Shown: piece after piece, positions 28,190 to 35,694 of the stretch | Numbering within the stretch: the first letter of the stretch is position 1 | Layout of the letters: every line of letters starts with the position of its first letter | Virus record (IMG/VR): IMGVR_UViG_3300010376_000070 | Location: 1-40,312 of that record | Source of the DNA: a virus | Lineage: Duplodnaviria > Caudoviricetes | Direction: 5' to 3' (one strand) | Length of the DNA stretch: 40,312 nucleotides | Made by a program: the position numbers and the translations under genes | Notes under the pieces: generated by a model | Databases searched by the model: none | Told to the model about the DNA's origin: nothing | Seen by the model: the letters and a program-made list of their open reading frames with translations, nothing else

Positions 28190-28350
28190 GGTTGTTCCTG
28201 GGGGTGGTGGATGGTGATGAATGTGTGATCTTCGGTGGGGCGTATGCGTAGCGCGTTGCTGTCGCTGGTGGTGACGTAGGCTGCGTCGCAGTACAGTGCA
28301 AATCCGTTGCCTGTGTCTATGATGACGGTGCGGATTGTGGTGTGAGGCAT
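28186..28350 (-). CDS. Small hypothetical protein (54 aa)
   Basis: My translation MPHTTIRTVIIDTGNGFALYCDAAYV..QEQP; its stop overlaps the next ATG. Confidence 0.5.
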   Translation of the reverse strand: MPHTTIRTVIIDTGNGFALYCDAAYVTTSDSNALRIRPTEDHTFITIHHPQEQP

Positions 28351-28595
28351 GGTGTTTCACTTGGGTGGTGGACCAGCATGCGCCAGCCTGCGGGGTTGGT
28401 GTCAACAGTGATTGTGATGCTGCGCTGATTGCCTATGGCGTCTACCAGGGCTAGCGCCACCGCCTTTAAGTATGGTTCGGGGCGTGCGCCTGATTGGGCT
28501 AGGTCTGCCAGGAATTGTGGTGGTCTGCGTTGCCACCCGTCTACGTCCTCGTCTAGGCGTACGGTGCCGTTGATCGTGACGTGGGCGTGGCTCAT
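28317..28595 (-). CDS. Hypothetical protein
   Basis: 92 aa, ATGA-coupled. Confidence 0.65.
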   Translation of the reverse strand: MSHAHVTINGTVRLDEDVDGWQRRPPQFLADLAQSGARPEPYLKAVALALVDAIGNQRSITITVDTNPAGWRMLVHHPSETPCLTPQSAPSS

Positions 28596-28864
28596 GCGGT
28601 GTCAGTTCCGTTGCGTAGCTGTGCTAGTTCGGTGTTGGTGATGATGGTGCAGTCTAGGTTGGTTTCAAGGTGGTACAGCAGCGCTTCGACTATGCGGCGT
28701 GTCATGGCGCGCATGTTGTCTGCTAGTGGCGGGGGGCGGCCGTGGGTGCGAAACATGGGTAGCACGAAAGTTGTTGGCTGGGTTTGTGTTTCGGGGTCAC
28801 CGGGGTGTGCTAATGCGCCTGCTTCCAGGTATTCGGCTAGCGCGGTGACTATCTGCGCGTTCAT
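28592..28864 (-). CDS. Hypothetical protein
   Basis: Start re-assigned to ATG 28864 (MNAQIVTAL), which overlaps the upstream stop. Confidence 0.65.
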   Translation of the reverse strand: MNAQIVTALAEYLEAGALAHPGDPETQTQPTTFVLPMFRTHGRPPPLADNMRAMTRRIVEALLYHLETNLDCTIITNTELAQLRNGTDTA

Positions 28865-29040
28865 GGCATGTGTGGTGTGTAGGTGGTTAGTTGTTGGCGT
28901 ATGGCGGTCTCTGACAGCACTGCGTGGGTGTCGCATACCGCGTAGCCCCTGGCTGGTGTGATGGTGGTGGCGTCACGGGTGACGCCTGCTAGGTGGCAGA
29001 TGACGCAGACGTGGGTATGCGGGTGGGCAGGTACGGTCAT
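28861..29040 (-). CDS. Small Cys/His protein (59 aa)
   Basis: My translation MTVPAHPHTHVCVICHLAG..AVCDTH..; ATGA overlaps on both sides. Confidence 0.55.
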   Translation of the reverse strand: MTVPAHPHTHVCVICHLAGVTRDATTITPARGYAVCDTHAVLSETAIRQQLTTYTPHMP

Positions 29041-29210
29041 TCCTCTAGCGCCCTGATGTCTACTGCGCCCGCCATGATTGTCATGGTGACGTGGTTTGTG
29101 TGTGGTGTGTCACCCGCTTTGACGGTGACGGGGCCTGCTAGGTGTAGGCGCAGCGCGTCGATGGTGATGGCGTCACGGGTGATGGTGACGCGCGGTAGTT
29201 TGTTGGTCAC
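29037..29210 (-). CDS. Small hypothetical protein (57 aa)
   Basis: My translation MTNKLPRVTITRDAITIDALRLHLAGPVTVK..ALEE; GTGA and ATGA coupling. Confidence 0.55.
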   Translation of the reverse strand: MTNKLPRVTITRDAITIDALRLHLAGPVTVKAGDTPHTNHVTMTIMAGAVDIRALEE

Positions 29211-29299
29211 CGCAGCTTACCTAGCTTGTCCAGGTAGCGCAGGATGGTGTAGCTGATGACACCAACACCAGCCAGCGTCAACATGATTGCAGCGGTCAT
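29207..29299 (-). CDS. 30-aa single-TM micropeptide
   Basis: MTAAIMLTLAGVGVISYTILRYLDKLGKLR; RBS AAGGA; coupled on both sides. Confidence 0.5.
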   Translation of the reverse strand: MTAAIMLTLAGVGVISYTILRYLDKLGKLR

Positions 29300-29514
29300 A
29301 CCTTGTCCTTTTGGTGGCGGTGGCAGCGCGGCCGGCCGTGGTGGTCACGGCGGCGGGTGTAGCGGTGCAGCGGCCCGCTGGGGTGGCGTGCTGATTGGTC
29401 TACGCAGGCCTGGCACAGCATGCGTGGGGGCAGCACGCCACGCCCCGTGACTAGTGCGGCGGCAACGCTGGCTGCTAGCACGGTGGCTGCAAGCAGGGAC
29501 ACAATCAGCGGCAT
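29296..29514 (-). CDS. Small membrane-anchored hypothetical protein
   Basis: Hydrophobic N-terminus, CxxC, basic His-rich tail. Confidence 0.55.
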   Translation of the reverse strand: MPLIVSLLAATVLAASVAAALVTGRGVLPPRMLCQACVDQSARHPSGPLHRYTRRRDHHGRPRCHRHQKDKV

Positions 29515-29521
29515 GCGTTGA

Positions 29522-29653
29522 TTATGGCGCGCGGTGCTGCTTGTCGTAGGGGTCGCGTGGTTGCGTGTCGTGGTCTAGTTGCCATGCAGCAATCAGATAC
29601 GCGGTTAACAACATGCCAGCCACCAGGCAGATAGCTATGTTAGGCAGGTCCAT
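29522..29653 (-). CDS. Small membrane protein (43 aa)
   Basis: MDLPNIAICLVAGMLLTAYLIAAW.., downstream of the predicted promoter. Confidence 0.5.
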   Translation of the reverse strand: MDLPNIAICLVAGMLLTAYLIAAWQLDHDTQPRDPYDKQHRAP

Positions 29654-29695
29654 TGCAGGCTCGGATTGTGCGAACGCGGGTAACGCCTGAGCACG

Positions 29696-29725
29696 ATGAT
29701 AGTTGCTGACCTGGTTAAATGACAA
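29696..29725 (-). promoter_or_regulatory. SigA-like promoter, probably driving the micro-ORF/late operon
   Basis: TTGTCA-N18-TATCAT on the minus strand, in an intergenic gap. Confidence 0.55.
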
Positions 29726-29741
29726 TCCTGTGATTACCGGT

Positions 29742-30425
29742 CTAGCAAACGTCCAGTACCCCCGGGATTGGTTGGTAGCCAAGCAGTCTGCCTAGGAACA
29801 GCGGGGCGAACTTGTCATGGCACTGCTGACACCACGCCCCCTTATCCACGCTGACCGCCAGCGCTGGCGTGCTAACCGTCTCACCTAGGTCGTTAAGTTT
29901 ACGGGTGTGGGTGTGACCGCAGTGGGGGCATGGGTCAGGCAGGTAGACAGGCTGTGCTGCAAACAGGTCATCTATCTTGTCAGCATATGCGCCCAGTTGT
30001 GTTGTGGCGTCACGTATTTGCTGCACGTTGTCAGCTGCTAGCCAGTTGTGGGCAAGTATGGCGTTTAGTCTGCGTATGGTCACATGCTGTTGCTGATTGG
30101 TTTGCGGGGCAGGCCAGCGTTGGTGTAGATCACACGCTAATCCGTCTATCTCAATCACATACTTTAACGCGTCTATCCACGCGGGTATGGTGTGCGCCTT
30201 GGGGTTATTGCCATTGCCTCCGCGGTGCGTGTACAGGGCTTGTCGCAGCGTGGTGTAGCGGCATGGCAGCGGTTTGGTGTGTGGTTGCGGCGGTGGCTGG
30301 GGGTAGGTGAGCGCGGTGATGGCGTGCGCCAGCTTGACCGTGGCGTCACGCAGGCCAGTGTCTTTGACACTGGCTGGCTGGTGTTGTTTGGCGCGTCTGC
30401 GCCTGCGCCTGCTAGCTGTGCTCAC
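29742..30425 (-). CDS. Conserved actinophage protein with a C-terminal Zn finger (putative late-gene regulator)
   Basis: PAWIDAL..PCPHCG..ALAVS..CQQC..LGRLLG; GTG 30425 overlaps the upstream stop. Confidence 0.65.
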   Translation of the reverse strand: MSTASRRRRRRAKQHQPASVKDTGLRDATVKLAHAITALTYPQPPPQPHTKPLPCRYTTLRQALYTHRGGNGNNPKAHTIPAWIDALKYVIEIDGLACDLHQRWPAPQTNQQQHVTIRRLNAILAHNWLAADNVQQIRDATTQLGAYADKIDDLFAAQPVYLPDPCPHCGHTHTRKLNDLGETVSTPALAVSVDKGAWCQQCHDKFAPLFLGRLLGYQPIPGVLDVC

Positions 30426-30709
30426 GTTGGCATGCCCCATGGTCTGACCTTGTGCATGGTGCGCCATCCGTTGGGCCGCGGCCGGCCCTGGCTGGCGTCC
30501 ACGATGGCTTGGCACTGCTTTGAGCACGGCGGGTGGCTGTACGTGAATCCGATTTGCACGCCCCACGCGTATTGCGCAGCGCATTTATTGCACAAGCCAA
30601 GGCGCCTGACTTGACTGCAAACCTTGTCCCAGTAGCGCGCTTCGGTCAGTGTTTCAGGCTGCATGCGTTTGGGTAGGCGGCGTTTGGCGGTGTGCGGTGT
30701 ACCTGTCAT
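30422..30709 (-). CDS. Cys-containing hypothetical protein
   Basis: ATG 30709 with RBS GAGGAGG; CNKC..PPCSKQC. Confidence 0.6.
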   Translation of the reverse strand: MTGTPHTAKRRLPKRMQPETLTEARYWDKVCSQVRRLGLCNKCAAQYAWGVQIGFTYSHPPCSKQCQAIVDASQGRPRPNGWRTMHKVRPWGMPT

Positions 30710-30785
30710 CTCTACGGTGCCTCCTCTTGGGCATTGCCAGCCACCCGCAATGGGCCTCTGTGCGTCAGTGTGGCGTCGTCTGGTG

Positions 30786-31079
30786 TCATGCCGTCTTGCC
30801 CCTGCTTGCTCGCCGCCCCTTGTGAAACACCTTGCGCCGCACATAATCCGGCACACCCCCGTACGTGCCAACCAGGATCTCGTTGTCCACCGCAAACTGC
30901 AAGCATTCACGCTGCACAGGGCAGCTGGCGCAAATCCGCACCGCCTCCTGGTCAAGGTATTTGGGTCTGGTGCCTGGGTGGCCTAGCTGCGGAAAGAACA
31001 CCCGGTCAACCCGCGCAGGTGGCATGTCCACGCATGCCCCGCGCGCCCACCACGCCTGCGCCCGGTCATCCCGGTTCAT
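30786..31079 (-). CDS. whiB: WhiB-family Fe-S transcription factor
   Basis: W.RGAC..FFP..ICASCPVQREC..GTYGG: four Cys plus the G-x-[WY]-G-G turn. WhiB is an actinobacterial marker. Confidence 0.92.
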   Translation of the reverse strand: MNRDDRAQAWWARGACVDMPPARVDRVFFPQLGHPGTRPKYLDQEAVRICASCPVQRECLQFAVDNEILVGTYGGVPDYVRRKVFHKGRRASRGKTA

Positions 31080-31503
31080 CGCTGACCGCCAGCATGTCCC
31101 TGCGGTGACCGTGCCTGGCGCCGTCTAGCAGCGCGCACAGGTCATCAACGGTCATGTGTACCCACCACTGACCGGGGTTAACTACGCCCTTGCGCTTAGA
31201 CACCACCACGCCTACCAGCGCATCGTCATTGCCTGCCTCCAGGTGCGCCTCGGCTGTCCAGGCTGGCAGTGCTAGGCCGCTGACGCGTTTGCAGCGTGGG
31301 CAGGCCTGGTGGCTGACCGCTTTGACCTCGACCACCACTCGCCGGCCGTGTGCGCGTAGGCCGCTGATGTCACCACGGTCCTTGGCGCCAAAGCGTGCTC
31401 TGCGTTCGATCCGGTCGTCGCCCAGTGTGACTGCCAGGTAGTCCGCGGTGTGGACTTCGGCTGCGGTGCCTGCTTTGCGTGCGCTGCGGTGGTTGCGTGT
31501 CAC
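31066..31503 (-). CDS. Holliday junction resolvase (PD-(D/E)XK type)
   Basis: ARKAGTAAE..DRGDISG..VVVEVK..EAGN motifs; GTG 31503 is coupled to the upstream stop. Confidence 0.8.
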   Translation of the reverse strand: MTRNHRSARKAGTAAEVHTADYLAVTLGDDRIERRARFGAKDRGDISGLRAHGRRVVVEVKAVSHQACPRCKRVSGLALPAWTAEAHLEAGNDDALVGVVVSKRKGVVNPGQWWVHMTVDDLCALLDGARHGHRRDMLAVSDEPG

Positions 31504-32210
31504 TTGGCCCATGGGTCTGTCTCCTCATGTGGTGGTGGTGGTTTGGGTTTGAGGGCGTCTCGGCAGGCTTGCATGCCTCGTGCGGTGGTGGCGGCGCGGT
31601 CTACGTGGTCGCAGACAATCGATCCGTTGCGGTAACCCTGTTCGTCGCATTGGTTGCAGGCGTTGATGGCAGCAGCGCCGCCGTCAGTAGCGGCGCTGCG
31701 GGCCCCGTTACCAGCGTTAGATGAAGGCAACAGGTAACCACTACGTGTTACCTGTTTCTGTTTCGTCTGTGACTCCTCGTGTGACGGACGCCGTGACATC
31801 GGTGTGACGGACGCCGTGACATCGGTGTGACGGACGCCGTCCGTCACGCGAGTGTCACAGCGGTCGTCACGCGTGACGAGCGGCGTGACGACTTCGCGTT
31901 GCCGCTGCTTGGCCTTGCGCCGGCGCGCAGACGCACGACGGTGCTCGACTTCTTCTTTGGTGAATTGGTGTGCGCCCCAGTCATGAAACTGATAGCCGTC
32001 ATGTCGCTGCATCCACAATTCGCTATCGACGAGGTCGTTACACATATTCCGCGACCCGAGTTGCAGTGCGACCCTGAAGGGAACAAACCCGTCTGTCAGG
32101 TTGGTGACTGACCACGCGCCAGCCCTGACCCACAGGCCTACAGCCGCGTTGCCAGCTGACATAACCTTGGGGTGCATGGCGAAGTTTTCTGCTACAGCGA
32201 AGTAAGGCAT
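31500..32210 (-). CDS. Replication initiator protein (lambda O-like organisation)
   Basis: MPYFAV..HPKV..AVGLW..LTDGFVP..FHDW, then a VT-repeat linker encoded by iterons and a C-terminal CxxC..CDH. Confidence 0.78.
   Translation of the reverse strand: MPYFAVAENFAMHPKVMSAGNAAVGLWVRAGAWSVTNLTDGFVPFRVALQLGSRNMCNDLVDSELWMQRHDGYQFHDWGAHQFTKEEVEHRRASARRRKAKQRQREVVTPLVTRDDRCDTRVTDGVRHTDVTASVTPMSRRPSHEESQTKQKQVTRSGYLLPSSNAGNGARSAATDGGAAAINACNQCDEQGYRNGSIVCDHVDRAATTARGMQACRDALKPKPPPPHEETDPWAK
31729..31890. repeat. Probable replication origin: iterons and palindromes inside the initiator gene
   Basis: 23-bp direct repeat gtgacggacgccgtgacatcggt at 31781 and 31804, a partial third copy at 31827, and two perfect 10-bp inverted repeats. 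Confidence 0.7.
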
Positions 32211-32298
32211 TGGTTCACGCTTCCTGATCCCAACGCGGGGTGACATGGTAGCCTTCCGGTTGGTACGTCATGGTGCCGCCTTTCTGTTGTGGTTGTGA

Positions 32299-32327
32299 CA
32301 GTAGCGCTGGGAACACCAGCGCTACTG
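32299..32327. promoter_or_regulatory. Perfect 12-bp inverted repeat upstream of the initiator gene
   Basis: cagtagcgctgg-gaaca-ccagcgctactg; intergenic. Confidence 0.55.
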
Positions 32328-32352
32328 CCCTTCTGGTGGGTGATCCGGGCTG

Positions 32353-32676
32353 TTAGCGGTTGCGCCACATGCGGTCACGTATCTCCTCCACGTCTGCCAG
32401 CGTGTATCCGCGGCGGCCCACGGTGTTTTGCATGCGCCTGCATTCATCGCAGTAGGTGGTGTATGTGGGGTCTGCGTCCGGTAGGTAGCGTTGGCATTGT
32501 GCGCAGCGCACCGCTTGCCCGTAGGCAGCCACGTGGGCCACGTGGGCGCGCATCAGGTCCCGCCAGCCGCTGAGGTCTGGTGGTGTAGGCCATTTGGGTT
32601 CGATGGTTGGTGCAGCCGGCCGTGGTGGTGGTGGTTCGCCTTGGTAGTTGGCTAGGTCCTTTGCTAGGTCGATCAT
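32353..32676 (-). CDS. Hypothetical Zn-finger protein
   Basis: CAQC..CDEC; TAATG coupling. Confidence 0.65.
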   Translation of the reverse strand: MIDLAKDLANYQGEPPPPRPAAPTIEPKWPTPPDLSGWRDLMRAHVAHVAAYGQAVRCAQCQRYLPDADPTYTTYCDECRRMQNTVGRRGYTLADVEEIRDRMWRNR

Positions 32677-32879
32677 TAGTTGCCCCAGCGTGTTGGTGGT
32701 CCTATGACTACGTAGGCGTCGTGGTGGTGTTTAGACAGTGGTGTGTAAGTGACGGTGCGTACTACCCATTCTGGTTCGTCTGGTAGTTGCATGGTTTCGC
32801 CTTGGCGTGGGCAGGCTGGTAGGTCAAGGACGGTGTTGATGTGGTGGGCGTTGCCTACGCCCGTGAGGTGTATTTTCAT
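32676..32879 (-). CDS. Hypothetical protein
   Basis: 67 aa, ATGA-coupled. Confidence 0.65.
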   Translation of the reverse strand: MKIHLTGVGNAHHINTVLDLPACPRQGETMQLPDEPEWVVRTVTYTPLSKHHHDAYVVIGPPTRWGN

Positions 32880-34339
32880 GTGTTGTCCTGTTGGCGTTTG
32901 TCGAGTTCCAGTATGTCCATGACGTCGTTTGCTTGCTGGTTTGTGATGTCGTTGTCAATGTCGAGTATGGTGCGGTTGGTGGCTGCGCTGAGAAACCCTA
33001 GTTGGGTGTCTAGGTCGATAAAGCCTGCTGCGGTCAGCATGGTGCGTAGGGCGTCCAGTTGTTCGGCGGTGGCTGGCATGTCATCTGCTGCGCGGTCTAG
33101 GTCTAGGCCTAGGGCTGTTTGGTTGGGGCCTGGTGCGCGCGGGTCGGTGTCTGGTGGTGGTGGTGCCGCCGCCGCCGCAGCCTCTAGCGCCACCCGTCTG
33201 GCGTTGCCTTTAGGCCCTGGTGGTTTGGCGAAGCCTGCCACTGCTGGTGAGGCCACGGCCGGCCGTGTGGGAGTGGGTATGGTGGCCGGCTGTGGCTGAC
33301 TGGTGGCGGTTTGCACCGCTGTGCGTGGTGGTATGCCCGTGATGCTGATTGGTGTTGCCCCGCGTCTGGTTGGTTCCACTGGCACGTTGGCTGCTGCCAC
33401 CTGTTGGGCAATAGATGGTGTTGGCAGCTGTGGTGGTGGTGTCAGTGGTGGTTGCGTAAACCCGGCTTCCTGTACTGCGTTGAGGCGCTGTAGTTGGTCT
33501 GCCACGGTGCGCTGCTGCGCTAATGGCGTAGGCGTGGCGTCTGGTTCGGTGTCCCTGCGTTTGCGTGTGCCGCTTGGGCGCTGCCGTGCCCTTGGTGGCT
33601 CGTCTGGCGGTGGTGGCTGGTCATCTATCACAGGCTGATCTTGCGGTGCTTGGTGGTCAAGCTGTGCCAGCGCGTCTAAGGCTGGCGCGTTGCCGGTGGC
33701 CTGGAACAGTTCCCCTACGGTGATGGCTAGGTCTAGCACTGGTACTGCAAATCGTCTGGTGCCCTGGTCAACGCGTGTCACCACGCGTTGTTCCAGGCGC
33801 AGTGTGGCGGGGATGATCCGGCCGTGTGTGGCTGCGCGCTCGAGGATGTCTACTGCGCCGCCTAGTTCGACTGCCGCGTAATACCCTGATGTGTCCAGTC
33901 GCCAGACGCCTAGGCCTGGTATGTCGCGCAATAGCACGTTTAGCCGGGTGGTGATTTCGCATTGACGCCCCGCTTCAGGGTCGCATAGGCAAGGCCCGTC
34001 GCTGATTGATTCCTGCTGCCCGTCGCATCTGCGTTGGCAGCCGCCGCGTGACCACAGTTCGTAATACTGGCTAAAGGCCATGTCTGCGGGTGGCACCAGC
34101 ACTGGTAGCTGGTCTGTGGTGGTGATGACTTCCCACTGTGATCCGGCTGGCGCTTTCCAGGGGTGTACTTCGCCGCCGTATAGGCGTGCCGCGTGGCGGA
34201 TGCGTTGCAGGTCTGGTGATGTTAGGCGGAAGGTGTCTAGTTTGGCGGGGCGCATGCTGCCGCCCTTGGTGGGTATTTGTTGGCCTATGCGGATGCGTCC
34301 GACTTCGGCGATGCGGCGTTGTAGGTCAATGATTGCCAT
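32876..34339 (-). CDS. Gp3-like (recombination directionality factor-like) protein with a long disordered C-terminus
   Basis: EVGRIRIG..PAKLDTFRLTS..CQRRCDG..GLGVWRLDTSGYYAA..FAVPVL, as in the phiC31 gp3-like family. Confidence 0.75.
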   Translation of the reverse strand: MAIIDLQRRIAEVGRIRIGQQIPTKGGSMRPAKLDTFRLTSPDLQRIRHAARLYGGEVHPWKAPAGSQWEVITTTDQLPVLVPPADMAFSQYYELWSRGGCQRRCDGQQESISDGPCLCDPEAGRQCEITTRLNVLLRDIPGLGVWRLDTSGYYAAVELGGAVDILERAATHGRIIPATLRLEQRVVTRVDQGTRRFAVPVLDLAITVGELFQATGNAPALDALAQLDHQAPQDQPVIDDQPPPPDEPPRARQRPSGTRKRRDTEPDATPTPLAQQRTVADQLQRLNAVQEAGFTQPPLTPPPQLPTPSIAQQVAAANVPVEPTRRGATPISITGIPPRTAVQTATSQPQPATIPTPTRPAVASPAVAGFAKPPGPKGNARRVALEAAAAAAPPPPDTDPRAPGPNQTALGLDLDRAADDMPATAEQLDALRTMLTAAGFIDLDTQLGFLSAATNRTILDIDNDITNQQANDVMDILELDKRQQDNT

Positions 34340-34568
34340 GCTTGGTGTCCTTAGGTGTGAAAAGCGCTGCTACGTAGGCGCTTATGGTGGTTGGGGATAG
34401 GGTTGGCATCGCGTGCTGTGGTGGTGGTGTGTTGACCAGCATGAAGCAGCGGGCGCAGACGTTGTCGCGAAAGTCTTGGCATAGGCACGGTGGGTCGCTG
34501 TGGTGGCCTGGTGTACGCCCACAGGTGATGCAGGCGGTGATCAGGCGGCGGTGCTGACAGCTGGTCAT
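34326..34568 (-). CDS. Small Cys-rich hypothetical protein
   Basis: CITCG..CLCQDF..CARC; ATG 34568 is coupled to the upstream stop. Confidence 0.55.
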   Translation of the reverse strand: MTSCQHRRLITACITCGRTPGHHSDPPCLCQDFRDNVCARCFMLVNTPPPQHAMPTLSPTTISAYVAALFTPKDTKHGNH

Positions 34569-34747
34569 TCCCATGCCTCATTGTTGACGGCGGCTGGCAG
34601 CGCGCAGGCCCACGCTACCCACGCCTGTTCGATTTGCTGCTTGCGCCAGAAGTATTCTGGGTCATCTAAGACAGGCCACCAGTAGGCCAGCATGACTAGG
34701 TGGGCTGCCAGTGCTGCTAGTAGCAGTGTGACTGCTGCGGTCATCAT
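34565..34747 (-). CDS. Small membrane protein (60 aa)
   Basis: MMTAAVTLLLAALAAHLVMLAYWWP..; TAATG coupling at 34747. Confidence 0.55.
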   Translation of the reverse strand: MMTAAVTLLLAALAAHLVMLAYWWPVLDDPEYFWRKQQIEQAWVAWACALPAAVNNEAWE

Positions 34748-35118
34748 TACTCGTCTCCGTTCTGGTGTGCGCTGATGCGGTAGGCCATCTGTTTGCCCCA
34801 CTTGGCGGTAGGCAGATATTTGTATTCGCACAGCACGTCTGGGTGGTTGACCGCAAAGACTGTGCAATCTCGTTGTGTGCCAAACGTCCACGGTTGTTCT
34901 AGGTCTAGGTCTAGGTGCGCCATGTTGGCTTGGTTCATGGCGTGGTGGTGCGCGCATGACAGATGCATGCGTGACCAGCAGTCGCTAGGCCCCTCCCATT
35001 CGATGATTGCTATTTTGTCGCCCACGTGTATCTGCTTGCCGCAGGGGCATTTACCGGGTGTTGTGGCCTCCGTTTCGCGTTGTATCCAGAATGGTTGTGT
35101 GCCGTCGTAGAAGGTCAT
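34747..35118 (-). CDS. Hypothetical Zn-binding protein
   Basis: CPCG..I..GD.I..HLSC motif; RBS GAAAAGG. Confidence 0.65.
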   Translation of the reverse strand: MTFYDGTQPFWIQRETEATTPGKCPCGKQIHVGDKIAIIEWEGPSDCWSRMHLSCAHHHAMNQANMAHLDLDLEQPWTFGTQRDCTVFAVNHPDVLCEYKYLPTAKWGKQMAYRISAHQNGDE

Positions 35119-35149
35119 GGAGTTGCCTTTTCGGTGGTTGTTGTGGTGG

Positions 35150-35515
35150 TTATGGGGTGGCCTCGCCCCGGTAGGTGGCCCAGCTGGTGTCAGTTTCGCG
35201 CAGCCTGATCTCGACCAGCCCCGGTAGGCTGATCTTGTCCCACAGCCATATCAGCATGTTCTCGCATGTTGGGTTGGTGACGTAATCGTTTAGTAGGTGG
35301 TGGTCAAGGGTTTTGATCAGTGGTGCTAGCGCGTCCTTAAGGTCACCAAAGTCTGCTACCCACCCCTTGTCCTCGAGTAGTGGGCCTTGGCAGATGACGG
35401 TTAGGCGGTAAGTATGCCCATGAAGATTTGCGCAGCGGTGGCCTGGCGGGACGTTAGGCAGCCAGTGTGCAGCCTCAAACTTTGCGTCGCGTGCGATCTC
35501 GATGATAGGTGTCAT
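35150..35515 (-). CDS. queD: 6-carboxy-5,6,7,8-tetrahydropterin synthase
   Basis: FEAAH, CANLHGHTY, DF.DLK, LDHHLLN, PTCEN and L.ET signature motifs. Confidence 0.95.
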   Translation of the reverse strand: MTPIIEIARDAKFEAAHWLPNVPPGHRCANLHGHTYRLTVICQGPLLEDKGWVADFGDLKDALAPLIKTLDHHLLNDYVTNPTCENMLIWLWDKISLPGLVEIRLRETDTSWATYRGEATP

Positions 35516-35694
35516 CTGCTTAGTACCCTCCAGACGGTGCGGATAGTGATGTCATAAGCGGCCGGCCCACCGCAATCAGTGCAGGCATGTTGTTTGGCTG
35601 GTCCGTATGTGCGCTTTAGCTTGCGGTGTACTGCGCTGTATGAGCCGCCTGACCAGTTAGGGTTAGCGTCCCAGGCGTTGCGCGTGGTGCCCAT
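35512..35694 (-). pseudogene. 60-aa ORF resembling a truncated HNH homing endonuclease N-terminus
   Basis: NPNWSGG..YSAVH..GPAKQHACTDCG with no HNH core; TGATG and ATGA coupling between queE and queD. Confidence 0.5.

Noticed and set aside
31781-31847. 23-bp direct repeats as a possible CRISPR array
   Set aside because: The repeats are contiguous with no spacers, lie inside a CDS and have no cas genes nearby; iterons explain them better.
32876-34339. Gp3-like gene as proof of a serine-integrase prophage
   Set aside because: No integrase, repressor or att site is visible in the window, and the family may act in replication or recombination; lifestyle cannot be determined here.
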